From positions 1,932 through 65,931 of the forward strand of contig CAZAEE010000006.1 of assembly GCA_964484325.1 (NCBI GenBank): DNA of 64,000 nt, written 5' to 3'. This document shows positions 43,972 to 54,127 of this stretch, piece by piece. The stretch is from an uncultured Gammaproteobacteria bacterium (GTDB lineage: Bacteria; Patescibacteriota; Microgenomatia; UBA1406; GWC2-37-13). The translations under genes were made by a program, and so were the position numbers. The notes beneath the pieces were generated by a model. It searched no databases and was not told where the DNA came from. It saw only the letters and a list, made by a program, of their open reading frames with translations. Within the stretch, counting starts at the first letter, position 1; every line of letters begins with the position of its first letter.

Positions 43972-46528
43972 GCGTCGGACTTGGGGCAGGGGAGGGGGTA
44001 GGGTTACCGGAATCCCAAGGTCTATTTACACCAAAACGGATAGTTGATTCGGCACTTTTATCTTTATCGTTTTGGGCGTTGACTTTCAACTCATACACTC
44101 CGTCGTCAAGGTGAATATGTTCATCAATATCTTTTTTATCTTCGTTAAATATCTTCACTTCTGAGCCATTGATAATAATTTTCACCGTTCTTATAGCAGC
44201 GACTGAACCAATTCGCGCTTTCACCTCAACATCGTTTGAGTCTAGCTGTGCATGATCGCTTGGAGAAGTAATCGAAACTGCCACATCATCAGCATTGTTG
44301 CTTGAGATTTCTGTTGGTGGTTTCAGTTTGTCATCCGTTTGGTCTTTTGTCCAATCGTTTATCGCGTCCTGCCAGCGATTTTTACCATCAGTTGAGACGG
44401 GATCGTTTTCGGTGAAGACGATGTAATCTTTTTCATCATAATTACCGTTTCTGATTTCAACTTCATTAGCCAACTTCCCAGTTGAGCGGGAGATCTTTAG
44501 TTTTTTATAAAACGGTGCCACGTCTTTTGGTTCAGTCCCTTCAACAAAATATTCAGATCGAGTTTGTTGACTATCTTTTGGCAAGCCGCCAAGATACGCA
44601 TCAATTTGAAGTGCTTTCACGTTATCGGGTTTATTGGCAATGCCGTCTGGATACTTTTTCAAGGCCTCAGTCATAATTTTATACCAGATAGAGGAGGCAC
44701 CCGTAACACCCGAGGCAATTTTCGGATCCATCGGCGAGTTGTCGTTGTTACCGACCCAGACGCCTACGGTGATTGAGTTTGTAAAACCAACTGCCCAGTT
44801 ATCGCGTTTATCGTTTGTCGTACCAGTTTTCACGGCGACAGTTTTACCCGGAACGTGTAAATAGGAGTTCGGGCCAAACTCAAGCGTTCGAGCAACATTG
44901 TCTGACAGAATGTGGGACGTTAGAAACGCTGTTTCGGGCGAAAAGACACGTCGCTCTCGGGGTTTAGACGCTTTATAAAGTTTTTTTCCGCGATAGTCTG
45001 TGATCTCTGAATAAAGCTGGACGTCGCGTTTGATTCCACTTGAGGCAAGCACGGTATAGGCCGAAGTAAGATCTAGTAAGTTCGTCTCGCCGCCTCCGAG
45101 TGCTACCGCCAGTCCAAAGCGTTTCATATTATCCTCAGTCGGTTGATACGAGTGGAGTCCACTTTCGTAGCCTTTCTCCAAGAAATCTCGTAAACCCACC
45201 ATAGCCAGAAGCTTCACAGCCGGAATGTTCATCGAGTTTCCTAGTGCAAAACGAAGTTGCATCGGACCATGGAACTTACCGTCATAATTGACCGGTATGT
45301 ATTCTGGCATTTGATCACCGTTATAGAAGGGAGTTTTGACATCCATGATCACTGTTGCCGGTGTGTACCCTTTTTCAAATGCAAGCGTGTAGATAATTGG
45401 TTTAAGAGCTGAGCCTGGTTGACGCTGGCCTGAGCCGGCGACATCAAACTTACCGTACTCCTCGTTGTTGAAATCATAGGAGCCAACGTAGGCTAGAACT
45501 TCTGAGGTTTTAGAGTCCAGAACAACCACTGCACCATTGCCGACTTTGGCGCTCTTTAAGCCTTCAATTTCATCTTTCACAATCTGTTCAACTTTTTTTT
45601 GCAGATCTGAGTCTATGGTCGTTTTGACCTTCAAGCCTTGCTGGGTGGCTGCCACGCCATACTGTTTCTCAATCTGATTGCGCACATAAAACACATAATG
45701 CGGGGCGGTGATTGCTACTCTGGGAGCCGAAAAGTGATATGTGTCTACCTGGGAATCAGCTGCCAGCTCCTGTTTTTTATCGATATACCCATCTTCTCGC
45801 ATGCGCCGCAAGACATTTTTAGCCCGACCCTTCCAGGCATCTTTTGTACCTATATAAGGTGAATAATACGTCGGACTCTGGGGCAAACCGGCGAGAATGG
45901 CAGCTTCAATAATACTTAAGTCTTTTGGTTCCTTGTCAAAGTACCCTTTTGAGGCAGCACCAACACCATAGTACGTTCCGCCGTAAGGAGCCTCATTCAA
46001 ATACATCTCAAGAATCTGGTCTTTCGTATATTTGCGCTCGACTTCTGAAGCAAGAATCGCCTCTTTTACTTTGCGGCCGATACTACGCTCTGAAGTCAAC
46101 AGAACATTTTTAATAAGCTGCTGAGTGATGGTGGAGCCACCTTGAACACCTCGGCCAAGCAACGTGTTAATAAAAGCTCGAATAATCCCAAGCTGAGAAA
46201 TACCGTTGTGCTTATAGAAATTTTTGTCTTCGATAGCTACAGTACCTTCTTTCAGGTATTTTGAAATGTCAGCTGATGCCACTGGCACCCGATTTTTATC
46301 TTTATAAATCTCGTAGAGTACTTTGCCATCCCGATCATAAAAAACGGTTGAGTCACTGGTGACTTCGCTTAACTTGCCAGGAGACGGTAAGTTGCGACCA
46401 TACCAGGCAAAAACAAAAAGCGACGCCAGAAAACCAAAAAGTATCAACCCTCCCAAACCAATGAGCCCCCAAAGAATCAGTTTTTGACTAAACGTCTGAG
46501 ATGAAGAAAATCGTCTCGAACGATACAT
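43961..46528 (-). CDS. Class A penicillin-binding protein (GT51 transglycosylase + transpeptidase) with C-terminal Ig-like extension and PT tail
   Basis: EDKNFYKHNGIS, GGSTITQQL, SALKP, SMN, KTGTT. 11-nt 3-prime overlap with the Nudix gene. Confidence 0.92.
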   Translation of the reverse strand: MYRSRRFSSSQTFSQKLILWGLIGLGGLILFGFLASLFVFAWYGRNLPSPGKLSEVTSDSTVFYDRDGKVLYEIYKDKNRVPVASADISKYLKEGTVAIEDKNFYKHNGISQLGIIRAFINTLLGRGVQGGSTITQQLIKNVLLTSERSIGRKVKEAILASEVERKYTKDQILEMYLNEAPYGGTYYGVGAASKGYFDKEPKDLSIIEAAILAGLPQSPTYYSPYIGTKDAWKGRAKNVLRRMREDGYIDKKQELAADSQVDTYHFSAPRVAITAPHYVFYVRNQIEKQYGVAATQQGLKVKTTIDSDLQKKVEQIVKDEIEGLKSAKVGNGAVVVLDSKTSEVLAYVGSYDFNNEEYGKFDVAGSGQRQPGSALKPIIYTLAFEKGYTPATVIMDVKTPFYNGDQMPEYIPVNYDGKFHGPMQLRFALGNSMNIPAVKLLAMVGLRDFLEKGYESGLHSYQPTEDNMKRFGLAVALGGGETNLLDLTSAYTVLASSGIKRDVQLYSEITDYRGKKLYKASKPRERRVFSPETAFLTSHILSDNVARTLEFGPNSYLHVPGKTVAVKTGTTNDKRDNWAVGFTNSITVGVWVGNNDNSPMDPKIASGVTGASSIWYKIMTEALKKYPDGIANKPDNVKALQIDAYLGGLPKDSQQTRSEYFVEGTEPKDVAPFYKKLKISRSTGKLANEVEIRNGNYDEKDYIVFTENDPVSTDGKNRWQDAINDWTKDQTDDKLKPPTEISSNNADDVAVSITSPSDHAQLDSNDVEVKARIGSVAAIRTVKIIINGSEVKIFNEDKKDIDEHIHLDDGVYELKVNAQNDKDKSAESTIRFGVNRPWDSGNPTPSPAPSPTPTH

Positions 46529-46575
46529 AGACTATTAGTATAGCATGTTTACCATGCAGTAGGTATAATATAACC

Positions 46576-46680
46576 ATGGCCAAACGCTTTAAAACCGAAA
46601 CAATTTGGAAAGTTATTATTACAGTGTCTTCAATTCTTTTGATACTTTCCAGCCTGGCACCATTGCTTTTGGTAAAGTGA
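46576..46680 (+). CDS. Possible 34-aa membrane peptide (not in the ORF track)
   Basis: MAKRFKTETIWKVIITVSSILLILSSLAPLLLVK. TATAAT at 46564-46569 lies 6 nt before the ATG. Confidence 0.3.
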   Translation: MAKRFKTETIWKVIITVSSILLILSSLAPLLLVK

Positions 46681-46693
46681 ACTTTGTTTATCT

Positions 46694-48733
46694 ATGACCG
46701 ATATTCCGATTGAGCACCTTTCACGGACAAAACCACAGACGATTGCCCGGTTCAAGTATCTTGATATTGTGACGTTTAGCGATCTTTTGAATCATTTCCC
46801 AACGCGGTATGAAAACTTTTCCTTAATTTCAGCTCTTAACCGGATACAAGCCGGTGAGAAGGTAACGGTACAGGGAATCATTCAAAAAGCCGAAAATGTC
46901 TACACAAAGCGGGGTTTCAAAATTCAAAAAGTACTTCTGAAAGATGACAATGGTTCAATTGAGCTTATCTGGTACAATCAACCCTATCTTATTCACACTC
47001 TTGGCGTGGGTGCCAAGCTTTCAGTCGCCGGTGAAGTAAAACAGTCTATTCAATCATTCTCCATGCAGCCGGTTGAGTACGAAGTAATTCATAACGATCT
47101 GCCAACAATTCACACCGGCAGACTCGTACCTATTTATCCTGAAACAGGTGGACTATCATCTCGAACGATCCGTGAAAAAGTCTGGCAGGTTATTGAGAAA
47201 CAGAATGCTCTCATATCAGAGTGGCTTCCTGATGAACTTTTGAAAAATAATTTTTTAATCGATGAAAATCAGGCATACAACTCTGTTCATTTTCCCAAAT
47301 CACTTAAAGAGGTTGAGTCGGCTCGAAAACGACTAAGTTTTGATGAGTTTTTTAGCATACAGCTGGCTACTCACCTTATTAAAAAAGAGTGGAAGAAAGA
47401 AACAGTCGGGCACATTTTTACTTCACACGGACAATCAAAAATTGATCATTTTGTTCAATCATTACCCTTTCAGTTAACTCAAGCTCAAAGAAAAGCAGTT
47501 CAAGATATTCTTTCAGACTTGATGGAAAAAACACCGATGAACAGATTCCTCCAGGGTGACGTTGGTTCAGGAAAAACCGTGGTGGCGGCGATTGCTTCAT
47601 ACTTCACGCATCTTAACGGATATCAAAGCTTCTATATGGCACCGACTGAAATCCTGGCTCAGCAACATTACGAGACGTTTAAAAAACTCTTTCAACATCT
47701 GCCAGTTACGATTGGTCTCCAGACTGGTTCCAAAAAAGTGATAATAAAGAAGAAAACTCCTAAAAGTCAGTACGATATCATTATTGGCACACAAGCTCTT
47801 CTTCATACTCAACCTGAAATGTCTCAGATAGGCTTGGTCATCGTTGACGAACAGCATCGTTTTGGGGTTGCTCAACGGGCGCTTCTTAAGCAAAAAGGTG
47901 TGAATCCCCATCTTTTAACAATGACCGCAACTCCTATTCCTCGCACCGTTGCCCTCACAGTTTATGGGGAGCTTGATATGTCGGTTCTTGATGAAATGCC
48001 CACCGGTAGACTGCCCGTGAAAACATACTTTGTTGCCCCCCATAAACGACAAAGCGCGTATGAATGGATAAAAAAACACATTACTGATGGAAATCAGGTA
48101 TTTGTCATTTGTCCATTAATCGAAGAATCAGAAGTTGAAACGCTAAAATCAATCAAAGCTGCCAAGGCTGAATATGAAAACTTAAAGCTGATCTTCTCCA
48201 AATCAAACGTTGCCCTTCTTCATGGCAAAATGAAGCCGGCCGAAAAAGAAGCCATTATGAATCAGTTTAAAACCCGTACCTGTCAAATACTCGTCTCCAC
48301 CTCAGTTGTTGAGGTGGGAATTGATATACCCAATGCTACCATTATGATTATTGAAGGAGCCGAACGGTTTGGACTAGCTCAGTTGCATCAGCTTCGAGGA
48401 CGAGTTGGAAGAAGCGACAAACAGTCATACTGTCTTTTGTATAGTGATGCCCAAGATGAAAGAAGTCGTCGAAGGCTGAGTTTCTTTTCAAAAACCTTAA
48501 GTGGACTAGAACTGGCCGAATATGATCTGAAAATCAGAGGTCCAGGTGATCTGTTTGGTACTCGTCAACACGGGTACAGAGATTTAAAGATAGCTAGCTT
48601 TTCCGATCTTCCGTTGATTGAAGCCACTCGCCGAGCAGTCAATTTTTTTATGAACACGTATAACCTGAAGGACTTTCCCGAGGTAGCTAAGCGAATTGAG
48701 AAGTATAAAGTCCACTTGATCACCAGAGACTAA
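46694..48733 (+). CDS. recG: ATP-dependent DNA helicase RecG
   Basis: Wedge domain plus GDVGSGKT, DEQHRFG, TATPIPRT, QLRGRVGR. Confidence 0.93.
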   Translation: MTDIPIEHLSRTKPQTIARFKYLDIVTFSDLLNHFPTRYENFSLISALNRIQAGEKVTVQGIIQKAENVYTKRGFKIQKVLLKDDNGSIELIWYNQPYLIHTLGVGAKLSVAGEVKQSIQSFSMQPVEYEVIHNDLPTIHTGRLVPIYPETGGLSSRTIREKVWQVIEKQNALISEWLPDELLKNNFLIDENQAYNSVHFPKSLKEVESARKRLSFDEFFSIQLATHLIKKEWKKETVGHIFTSHGQSKIDHFVQSLPFQLTQAQRKAVQDILSDLMEKTPMNRFLQGDVGSGKTVVAAIASYFTHLNGYQSFYMAPTEILAQQHYETFKKLFQHLPVTIGLQTGSKKVIIKKKTPKSQYDIIIGTQALLHTQPEMSQIGLVIVDEQHRFGVAQRALLKQKGVNPHLLTMTATPIPRTVALTVYGELDMSVLDEMPTGRLPVKTYFVAPHKRQSAYEWIKKHITDGNQVFVICPLIEESEVETLKSIKAAKAEYENLKLIFSKSNVALLHGKMKPAEKEAIMNQFKTRTCQILVSTSVVEVGIDIPNATIMIIEGAERFGLAQLHQLRGRVGRSDKQSYCLLYSDAQDERSRRRLSFFSKTLSGLELAEYDLKIRGPGDLFGTRQHGYRDLKIASFSDLPLIEATRRAVNFFMNTYNLKDFPEVAKRIEKYKVHLITRD

Positions 48734-48795
48734 AATCTGTTCATATCCGCCAGATCACCTTGCTAATTTTGCCTGTATTTGCTAAGATATCTCCT

Positions 48796-48945
48796 ATGGC
48801 ACCGTTACCAAAACGAAAACATTCCACGCAGCGAAAAGGCAAAAGGTTACACTCACGAGCTAAGAGTCTGCCTCAACTAGTCAAATGTAGTAACTGTGGT
48901 AAGCTTAAAATACCCCACAGACCATGTAAGAATTGTGGCAAGTAA
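48796..48945 (+). CDS. rpmF: Ribosomal protein L32
   Basis: MAPLPKRKHSTQRKGKR...CSNCGK...HRPCKNCG zinc ribbon. Confidence 0.88.
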   Translation: MAPLPKRKHSTQRKGKRLHSRAKSLPQLVKCSNCGKLKIPHRPCKNCGK

Positions 48946-48948
48946 CGT

Positions 48949-49299
48949 ATGGACAAGCGTCATCTGGAGCGAATAAAAGTCATTCAGAACTTGTTTGCTG
49001 CCTCATATAATCTTCAAGGCAATCTACCGTACACTGATAGCCCCGTTACCCAGGATATTTTGAAACATCTAACTGCAATAGATGAAAAAATCCTTGCCTA
49101 TGCACCGAAGTTTCCCATTGATCGGATTGCCAAAACTGACTTGATGATCTTGCGGTTGGCAGTCTATGAGCTTGAAATCGAGAAAAAAGAGCCCGAAAAA
49201 GTCATCATCAATGAGGCTGTTGAGCTAGCAAAAGAACTCGGAGGGGACCGGTCGTATGCATTTATCAATGCTGTACTAGGAAATGTGGTAAAACATTAA
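48949..49299 (+). CDS. nusB: Transcription antitermination factor NusB
   Basis: ...LRLAVYEL...VIINEAVELAKELGGDRSYAFINAVLG. Confidence 0.85.
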   Translation: MDKRHLERIKVIQNLFAASYNLQGNLPYTDSPVTQDILKHLTAIDEKILAYAPKFPIDRIAKTDLMILRLAVYELEIEKKEPEKVIINEAVELAKELGGDRSYAFINAVLGNVVKH

Positions 49300-49300
49300 T

Positions 49301-49993
49301 ATGGTAGATCAATTTAAACCACTTGAGGAAGCAATTCAAATAACCTTTAAAGATAGAAGTCTTCTTGAAAATGTGTTTATCCATCGATCATATCTCAATG
49401 AGCACAAAAAATTTTCTATGCCGTCAAACGAGAAACTCGAGTTTTTGGGAGACAGTGTTTTATCTTTGATCACTTCTATTTACTTATACAGAAAATACCC
49501 TCTTCTTCAAGAAGGTGATTATACAGACATCAAGGCCGCGATTGTGCGAACTGAGAGTCTGGCTGAGGTGGCCAAAAAACTGAAATTAGGCTCGTACCTT
49601 TATCTCTCCAAAGGCGAAGAACGGGGGAATGGCCGATCAAATATGAATATTTTAGCCGACTGCTTTGAGGCTTTAATCGCGGCTATTTTTATTGACCAGA
49701 GCTTTGAATCTGGCTATCAATTTGTCGTCAAACATCTTTTTAAAGATCGACTCGACCACATCGTTGAGTATAAACTCTATCTCTCGCCCAAAAGCCGGCT
49801 TCAGGAGATCGCCCAAGCCCGCTACCGGGTTTTACCGATATATAATACGGTTGAAGAGAGTGGCCCAGAACATAATAAGCACTTCAAAGTAAGCGTTTCT
49901 GTAAAAGGAAAGCGCCTTGCAGAAGGCATCGGCAGCTCAAAAAAAATGGCCGAGGAACATGCAGCCAAGAATGCCTTGGCAAAGATCGGCTGA
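49301..49993 (+). CDS. rnc: Ribonuclease III
   Basis: NEKLEFLGDSVL signature and a C-terminal dsRBD (GPEHNKHF...SKKMAEEHAAKNAL). Confidence 0.93.
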   Translation: MVDQFKPLEEAIQITFKDRSLLENVFIHRSYLNEHKKFSMPSNEKLEFLGDSVLSLITSIYLYRKYPLLQEGDYTDIKAAIVRTESLAEVAKKLKLGSYLYLSKGEERGNGRSNMNILADCFEALIAAIFIDQSFESGYQFVVKHLFKDRLDHIVEYKLYLSPKSRLQEIAQARYRVLPIYNTVEESGPEHNKHFKVSVSVKGKRLAEGIGSSKKMAEEHAAKNALAKIG

Positions 49994-50014
49994 TATTGTA
50001 TAATTCATCTCTAT

Positions 50015-50257
50015 ATGGCAGTCACCTTACGATTAATGCGATTTGGCAAAAAAGACCAACCTTCCTACCGTATTGTTGCGCTTGATAAGCGTAAAAAACG
50101 AGACGGATCCTATTTGGAAAACGTCGGTATTTACAATCCTATGACCGAGCCGGCTACCTTAAAGATCAATAAGGAACGCTTCAATTACTGGGTCTCAAAA
50201 GGGGCTGAGCTGTCAGAAGGTATGCGTAAGCTTCTTAAGAGACACAAACCAAGTTGA
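50015..50257 (+). CDS. rpsP: Ribosomal protein S16
   Basis: MAVTLRLMRFGKKDQPSYRIVALDKRKKRDG. Confidence 0.93.
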   Translation: MAVTLRLMRFGKKDQPSYRIVALDKRKKRDGSYLENVGIYNPMTEPATLKINKERFNYWVSKGAELSEGMRKLLKRHKPS

Positions 50258-50261
50258 GGGT

Positions 50262-50942
50262 TTAAAAAGGGTTTTCTTTCGTTTTATAGTCTATCACTGA
50301 TAAATCTTCATTAGAGTCTTTGACAATTATCGACGTTTTATTCTGAATCTCTTGCATAAGTTCAATCTGGTTGGTCGTCAATTGAGGAAGTTCCTGAGAA
50401 GTAGTATCTGTCTTTTTACTGTAAAAGTTAAGAGCTAAGTTAATTTGGCCGACTTTTTCTGAAGTATAGCCGATTGACTCATTGGTTACTAACCGACCAC
50501 CGCCAAACTGATAATTTTGAAGAAATTTGAAAAAAGCATCAGCGTCACCATCACCGTTAACCGTTACTTGGAGTTTTTCGGGGGAAGCGAGAGAAAGATT
50601 GATCGTATATTTGGATATGCTAAAGCCTGTCTTATTTGACAGTTCCTCAAGAGCAAAAAGAATTGAAAAATAGTCTTCTTCGTTTGGCACAAGCTGCGTT
50701 AAAAGCTTGTTATAGTTCTCGATCTGACTGGCTGTTAACGACTTGTTTGTCTCAATAACTGAGAGTTTTTTTTGTAATTTATCGATGTCACTGTGGACTG
50801 AGTCAACATCTTGTTGAGTTCTGAGAAGGTTTTTCGTGGTTAAGACGATCAGCCCGATTAAAATAATAAAAATCACCGGCAAAATTAGAAGGGACCGATA
50901 GCGATTAAATATGAGTTCCATTAAGATTTTTGAACTTACCAT
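50262..50942 (-). CDS. pilO: PilO-like type IV pilus assembly protein (start uncertain: 50942 or 50921)
   Basis: Single TM plus coiled coil. Position directly after pilN. Confidence 0.6.
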   Translation of the reverse strand: MVSSKILMELIFNRYRSLLILPVIFIILIGLIVLTTKNLLRTQQDVDSVHSDIDKLQKKLSVIETNKSLTASQIENYNKLLTQLVPNEEDYFSILFALEELSNKTGFSISKYTINLSLASPEKLQVTVNGDGDADAFFKFLQNYQFGGGRLVTNESIGYTSEKVGQINLALNFYSKKTDTTSQELPQLTTNQIELMQEIQNKTSIIVKDSNEDLSVIDYKTKENPF

Positions 50943-51501
50943 GAAAGTGCAGCTGATAGCCCTGATTGGCAACTGGCGTATTATTGGTAATACTACTTCT
51001 TTCAGCAATCGTCAGATTGTTAAGGGTTAATTCAGAGAAGTTATCGAGAAAATTCTCCGATTCTATAAAGTGAAGAAACTGATATGCTTGATCAAATGCA
51101 GGGAACCCGACTACAAAATCTGTGACTTTATTTTTATCAAGTGTCATCGACTGTAAAACGGGAGAATTTGAAGAAAATACAAGCAAGTCTTTCAATAGAT
51201 TATAGTAAGGTAAAAACTGCGCATCATCTTTAAGAAATGTCGTCACTTGATCTTCTTTACGAGAAAAATAGAGAATCTGGGCTTCAATATCCTGATTTTC
51301 ATTGATTTTTGCGATAAGGTTCGCTTTTTGCTGATTGTAGTCATTCAGTTTTAAACGTAAAAATAAGAAAAAAGCATTAATACCTAAGAAGATGAAAAAA
51401 AGAAACAAACCGACCCAGATTGAGTACTGTTCGATTCTGCGCACAATGGGAGGAGGACCTGTTTGGTTGTCAAGGCGTAAAAGGTTAATCCGTTTTTTCA
51501 T
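50905..51501 (-). CDS. pilN: PilN-like type IV pilus assembly protein
   Basis: MKKRINLLRL N-terminal motif, then a single TM and a coiled coil. Confidence 0.7.
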   Translation of the reverse strand: MKKRINLLRLDNQTGPPPIVRRIEQYSIWVGLFLFFIFLGINAFFLFLRLKLNDYNQQKANLIAKINENQDIEAQILYFSRKEDQVTTFLKDDAQFLPYYNLLKDLLVFSSNSPVLQSMTLDKNKVTDFVVGFPAFDQAYQFLHFIESENFLDNFSELTLNNLTIAERSSITNNTPVANQGYQLHFHGKFKNLNGTHI

Positions 51502-52523
51502 GCCAATGATCCACCTATAACTGAAATGAAAGACGACATAGTGGAAGCAAAGGATGAGGCAATCGTATTTTGAGAAACAAGCGAATTAATGGGGAAGTTT
51601 TCTACCGGTATCGAAAAGTGGCCTTTGAGACTACCAAAAAGAGTAGGGCAGTAACCATCAAGATTATAGATATAGATATTTGAAGTTGTTAAGTTGTATC
51701 GCTCACGGGTAAGTAACATAAATCTTTCAATTTCTTGGTTAAATTCTTTCAACCCTGGAGAAATGATCGACACTACAGATTTCACTCGTTCAGGGTCTTG
51801 AGATCTTATGGCTTCATAAGCCTGCTGATCATTAATGTTTAAATTCACTTTCACCTCTTTCATAAAAAGATCAAGTCCAATCTTAAATGCTCTCACAAGT
51901 ACCAAAAGAGAGCTCGCGTGATCTAAAAGATATAGCGATGTCTGTGTGAAACCAAAGTTCACAAGAATTGAAGCAGTACCCGGCTGATGCGGTATTTTTT
52001 TAAAGAGTTCACCACTGATTTTTCCGACTGCGCTCAGCTCATTTTCTAGGTTAAGCGGCATCAGACGGGCTTTTTCAACGGTCTTTTTCACTCGTTCGAT
52101 GATTTTTTTTGGGCTGGCTGCGATAAATAGCAATAATTTTTTGGTCGCGGGGTTTTCACTTAATATCTCGATATCCAAAGTAGTTTCCTCAATCGGCATA
52201 GGTATAAACTCGTCAGCTTGATAGCGTATCGCCGCCAGAAGCTCTTTCTCTTTAAGCTGGGGCATCTCGATAATTTGTGAAAAGGTGTAGGCGTCAGGCA
52301 CAATAACATTGACTTCTTTTTTTCTGATTCTTAAATTGGCTGCAAGCTGGGTGATAATTTCGGCTTGTCGGTCGATCAAGTCCGGGTTTTCGGTAGAGTA
52401 AAAGAACGGAATTGTATCTTTATACCCCATGGCCAGAAGTTCGACTTGGCCACCTTGATAACGGGTATCAGTCATCCGGGTAAATCTTTCTCCTAAATCT
52501 ATGGTAAAGAGTTTGGCATCCAT
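51498..52523 (-). CDS. pilM: PilM (actin-like ATPase of the pilus alignment complex)
   Basis: ...VIVPDAYTFSQIIEMPQLKEKELLAAIRYQADEFIPMPIEETTLD. Confidence 0.8.
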   Translation of the reverse strand: MDAKLFTIDLGERFTRMTDTRYQGGQVELLAMGYKDTIPFFYSTENPDLIDRQAEIITQLAANLRIRKKEVNVIVPDAYTFSQIIEMPQLKEKELLAAIRYQADEFIPMPIEETTLDIEILSENPATKKLLLFIAASPKKIIERVKKTVEKARLMPLNLENELSAVGKISGELFKKIPHQPGTASILVNFGFTQTSLYLLDHASSLLVLVRAFKIGLDLFMKEVKVNLNINDQQAYEAIRSQDPERVKSVVSIISPGLKEFNQEIERFMLLTRERYNLTTSNIYIYNLDGYCPTLFGSLKGHFSIPVENFPINSLVSQNTIASSFASTMSSFISVIGGSLA

Positions 52524-52580
52524 ATAAAAATATACCTCATTTACAGTATTGCCTAAAACATTTAGTAAGTCAAGAGAGTA

Positions 52581-53180
52581 TTATTGATTTCTTACCCTGA
52601 TTGCGACGTCATAGTGCAGGTTCGCTTGTTCTTCAAGACGATCTGAAGCACAGGTATTACTGGGGGAGTTACTATAACATACATCATAGGATAGTTTAAC
52701 AACAGGTTGTGAGTACAGTTGTTTTAACTCACAGGAGAAGGCAACATTGGTCACTATAACACGATCAGTAGTTAAGTCAGTTGTCAGGTTTCCTCCAAAT
52801 GGCGTGGAAAGAAAATAACTCATTTTGTTACTTGCATTGATGAAGCCAAATTCGCTTCCTGCCTGTCTATGAGAAAAATAGATCGAGGTTAACTGGGGAT
52901 TAAATGGACCAGGATAGATTCCAACAGTGTTACAAATCTGATTTGTTAGAGTCTGATTGGTAAAAATCCCTGTGGCATTTGTTTTGACTTCCGACTCGAA
53001 TCTATTGAGGATAGTATCACCTTGCTGTTTCACCTGAGTTAACCGGATGACTTTTGCCTCCTGTTGCATGATGGCAAAGACGATGTTAAATAGCGCCGGT
53101 AACGTTAATGCAATGACACCAGTTATTACTATAACTTCGACTAGAGTAAATGCCCGTTTTTTTGATGAGTTTATTCCCAT
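52581..53180 (-). CDS. Prepilin-type minor pilin/pseudopilin
   Basis: KKRAFTLVEVIVITGVIAL class III signal (Ala at -1, Glu at +5). Confidence 0.75.
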   Translation of the reverse strand: MGINSSKKRAFTLVEVIVITGVIALTLPALFNIVFAIMQQEAKVIRLTQVKQQGDTILNRFESEVKTNATGIFTNQTLTNQICNTVGIYPGPFNPQLTSIYFSHRQAGSEFGFINASNKMSYFLSTPFGGNLTTDLTTDRVIVTNVAFSCELKQLYSQPVVKLSYDVCYSNSPSNTCASDRLEEQANLHYDVAIRVRNQ

Positions 53181-53626
53181 ACTGCGTACGTTTGAATAAG
53201 TTGTAATGACTGAGGCGTTCCACCAGCTTCATTCCAACTAATAATAATATCAGCTTTGACCTGGTTGTCACTATTAAAACTGATGAGTGTCACTTTTCGG
53301 GTATAAATAGTCGGGTTCAGCTGACCAAGCGGACAATTTGAAGCAGGTGCCGGCCAAAAATCACTAATAGGGGATGACGGAAAACAGTAAGTTAATCCTG
53401 AAGTTGTTGCTCGGGCAACAAAAGCTTCCCAACTAAACTCTTTTTGCTCAGTCAACCACTCACCCAGTTCTTCACTGTATCGGGTAGCAATTAACCGGTG
53501 CTCAGAAGCTTTCAAATTACGTAATGTCGCAACTGAAATAGTTACTGCCGAAACAAAAAAAAGGCCGACTATGGTGATAAAAACAAGCAGCTCAACCAGA
53601 CTGAAGCCATTTTTTTTTGTTGTCAT
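53171..53626 (-). CDS. Prepilin-type minor pilin
   Basis: MTTKKNG/FSLVELLVFITIVGL. The ATGA start/stop overlaps the upstream gene. Confidence 0.78.
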   Translation of the reverse strand: MTTKKNGFSLVELLVFITIVGLFFVSAVTISVATLRNLKASEHRLIATRYSEELGEWLTEQKEFSWEAFVARATTSGLTYCFPSSPISDFWPAPASNCPLGQLNPTIYTRKVTLISFNSDNQVKADIIISWNEAGGTPQSLQLIQTYAVWE

Positions 53627-54126
53627 GATCCTCCTCCACATACCAACTTTGCTCCTGTAATATTACCGGTTGTAGTAACAGTAATTGAATAACAGTTAGT
53701 ATTATTTGTCGTACTTAAGGGTATCGTTTGTAAAGAGCTAACCGAGCCGTAAATTGGATTAAAAGTTATTGTTGTGTTGGTATTCGATTGAACTGATGTA
53801 TCGAAACTATATTGCTGAATCGTGGGATTTGACGGGCAGACAGCTTTTAAGCTATATCCAGATCTAGTTATGACAACACTATACCCTGCAAAAGTATACG
53901 ATGACCCATTACATTGAGGCGAGATCTCGGAATGAATGCTTTTTTGTTTCGCAAGCTCTAAAACATCAACCAACTTTGAACCTTCAGCGTCAAGTACTTT
54001 TTTGTTATTAAACTCATTATAAAACGCGACAGTGACGCCGGACATCATGACGATAATCGAGGCTACTATAATCAGTTCAATGATGGTAAAGCCCTTCTTT
54101 CCTTGTGAATCGGTTGTGTTTCGCAT
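53623..54126 (-). CDS. Prepilin-type minor pilin
   Basis: MRNTTDSQGKKG/FTIIELIIVASIIVM. ATG 54126 chosen; the longer ORF-track N-terminus would overlap the upstream pilin. Confidence 0.78.
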   Translation of the reverse strand: MRNTTDSQGKKGFTIIELIIVASIIVMMSGVTVAFYNEFNNKKVLDAEGSKLVDVLELAKQKSIHSEISPQCNGSSYTFAGYSVVITRSGYSLKAVCPSNPTIQQYSFDTSVQSNTNTTITFNPIYGSVSSLQTIPLSTTNNTNCYSITVTTTGNITGAKLVCGGGS

Positions 54127-54127
54127 A

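Noticed and set aside
50905-51008. 104-nt overlap of the pilN and pilO ORFs, considered as a frameshift or pseudogene signal
   Set aside because: An internal ATG (50942 or 50921) gives a normal PilO-like protein with a short overlap. There is no evidence of disruption.
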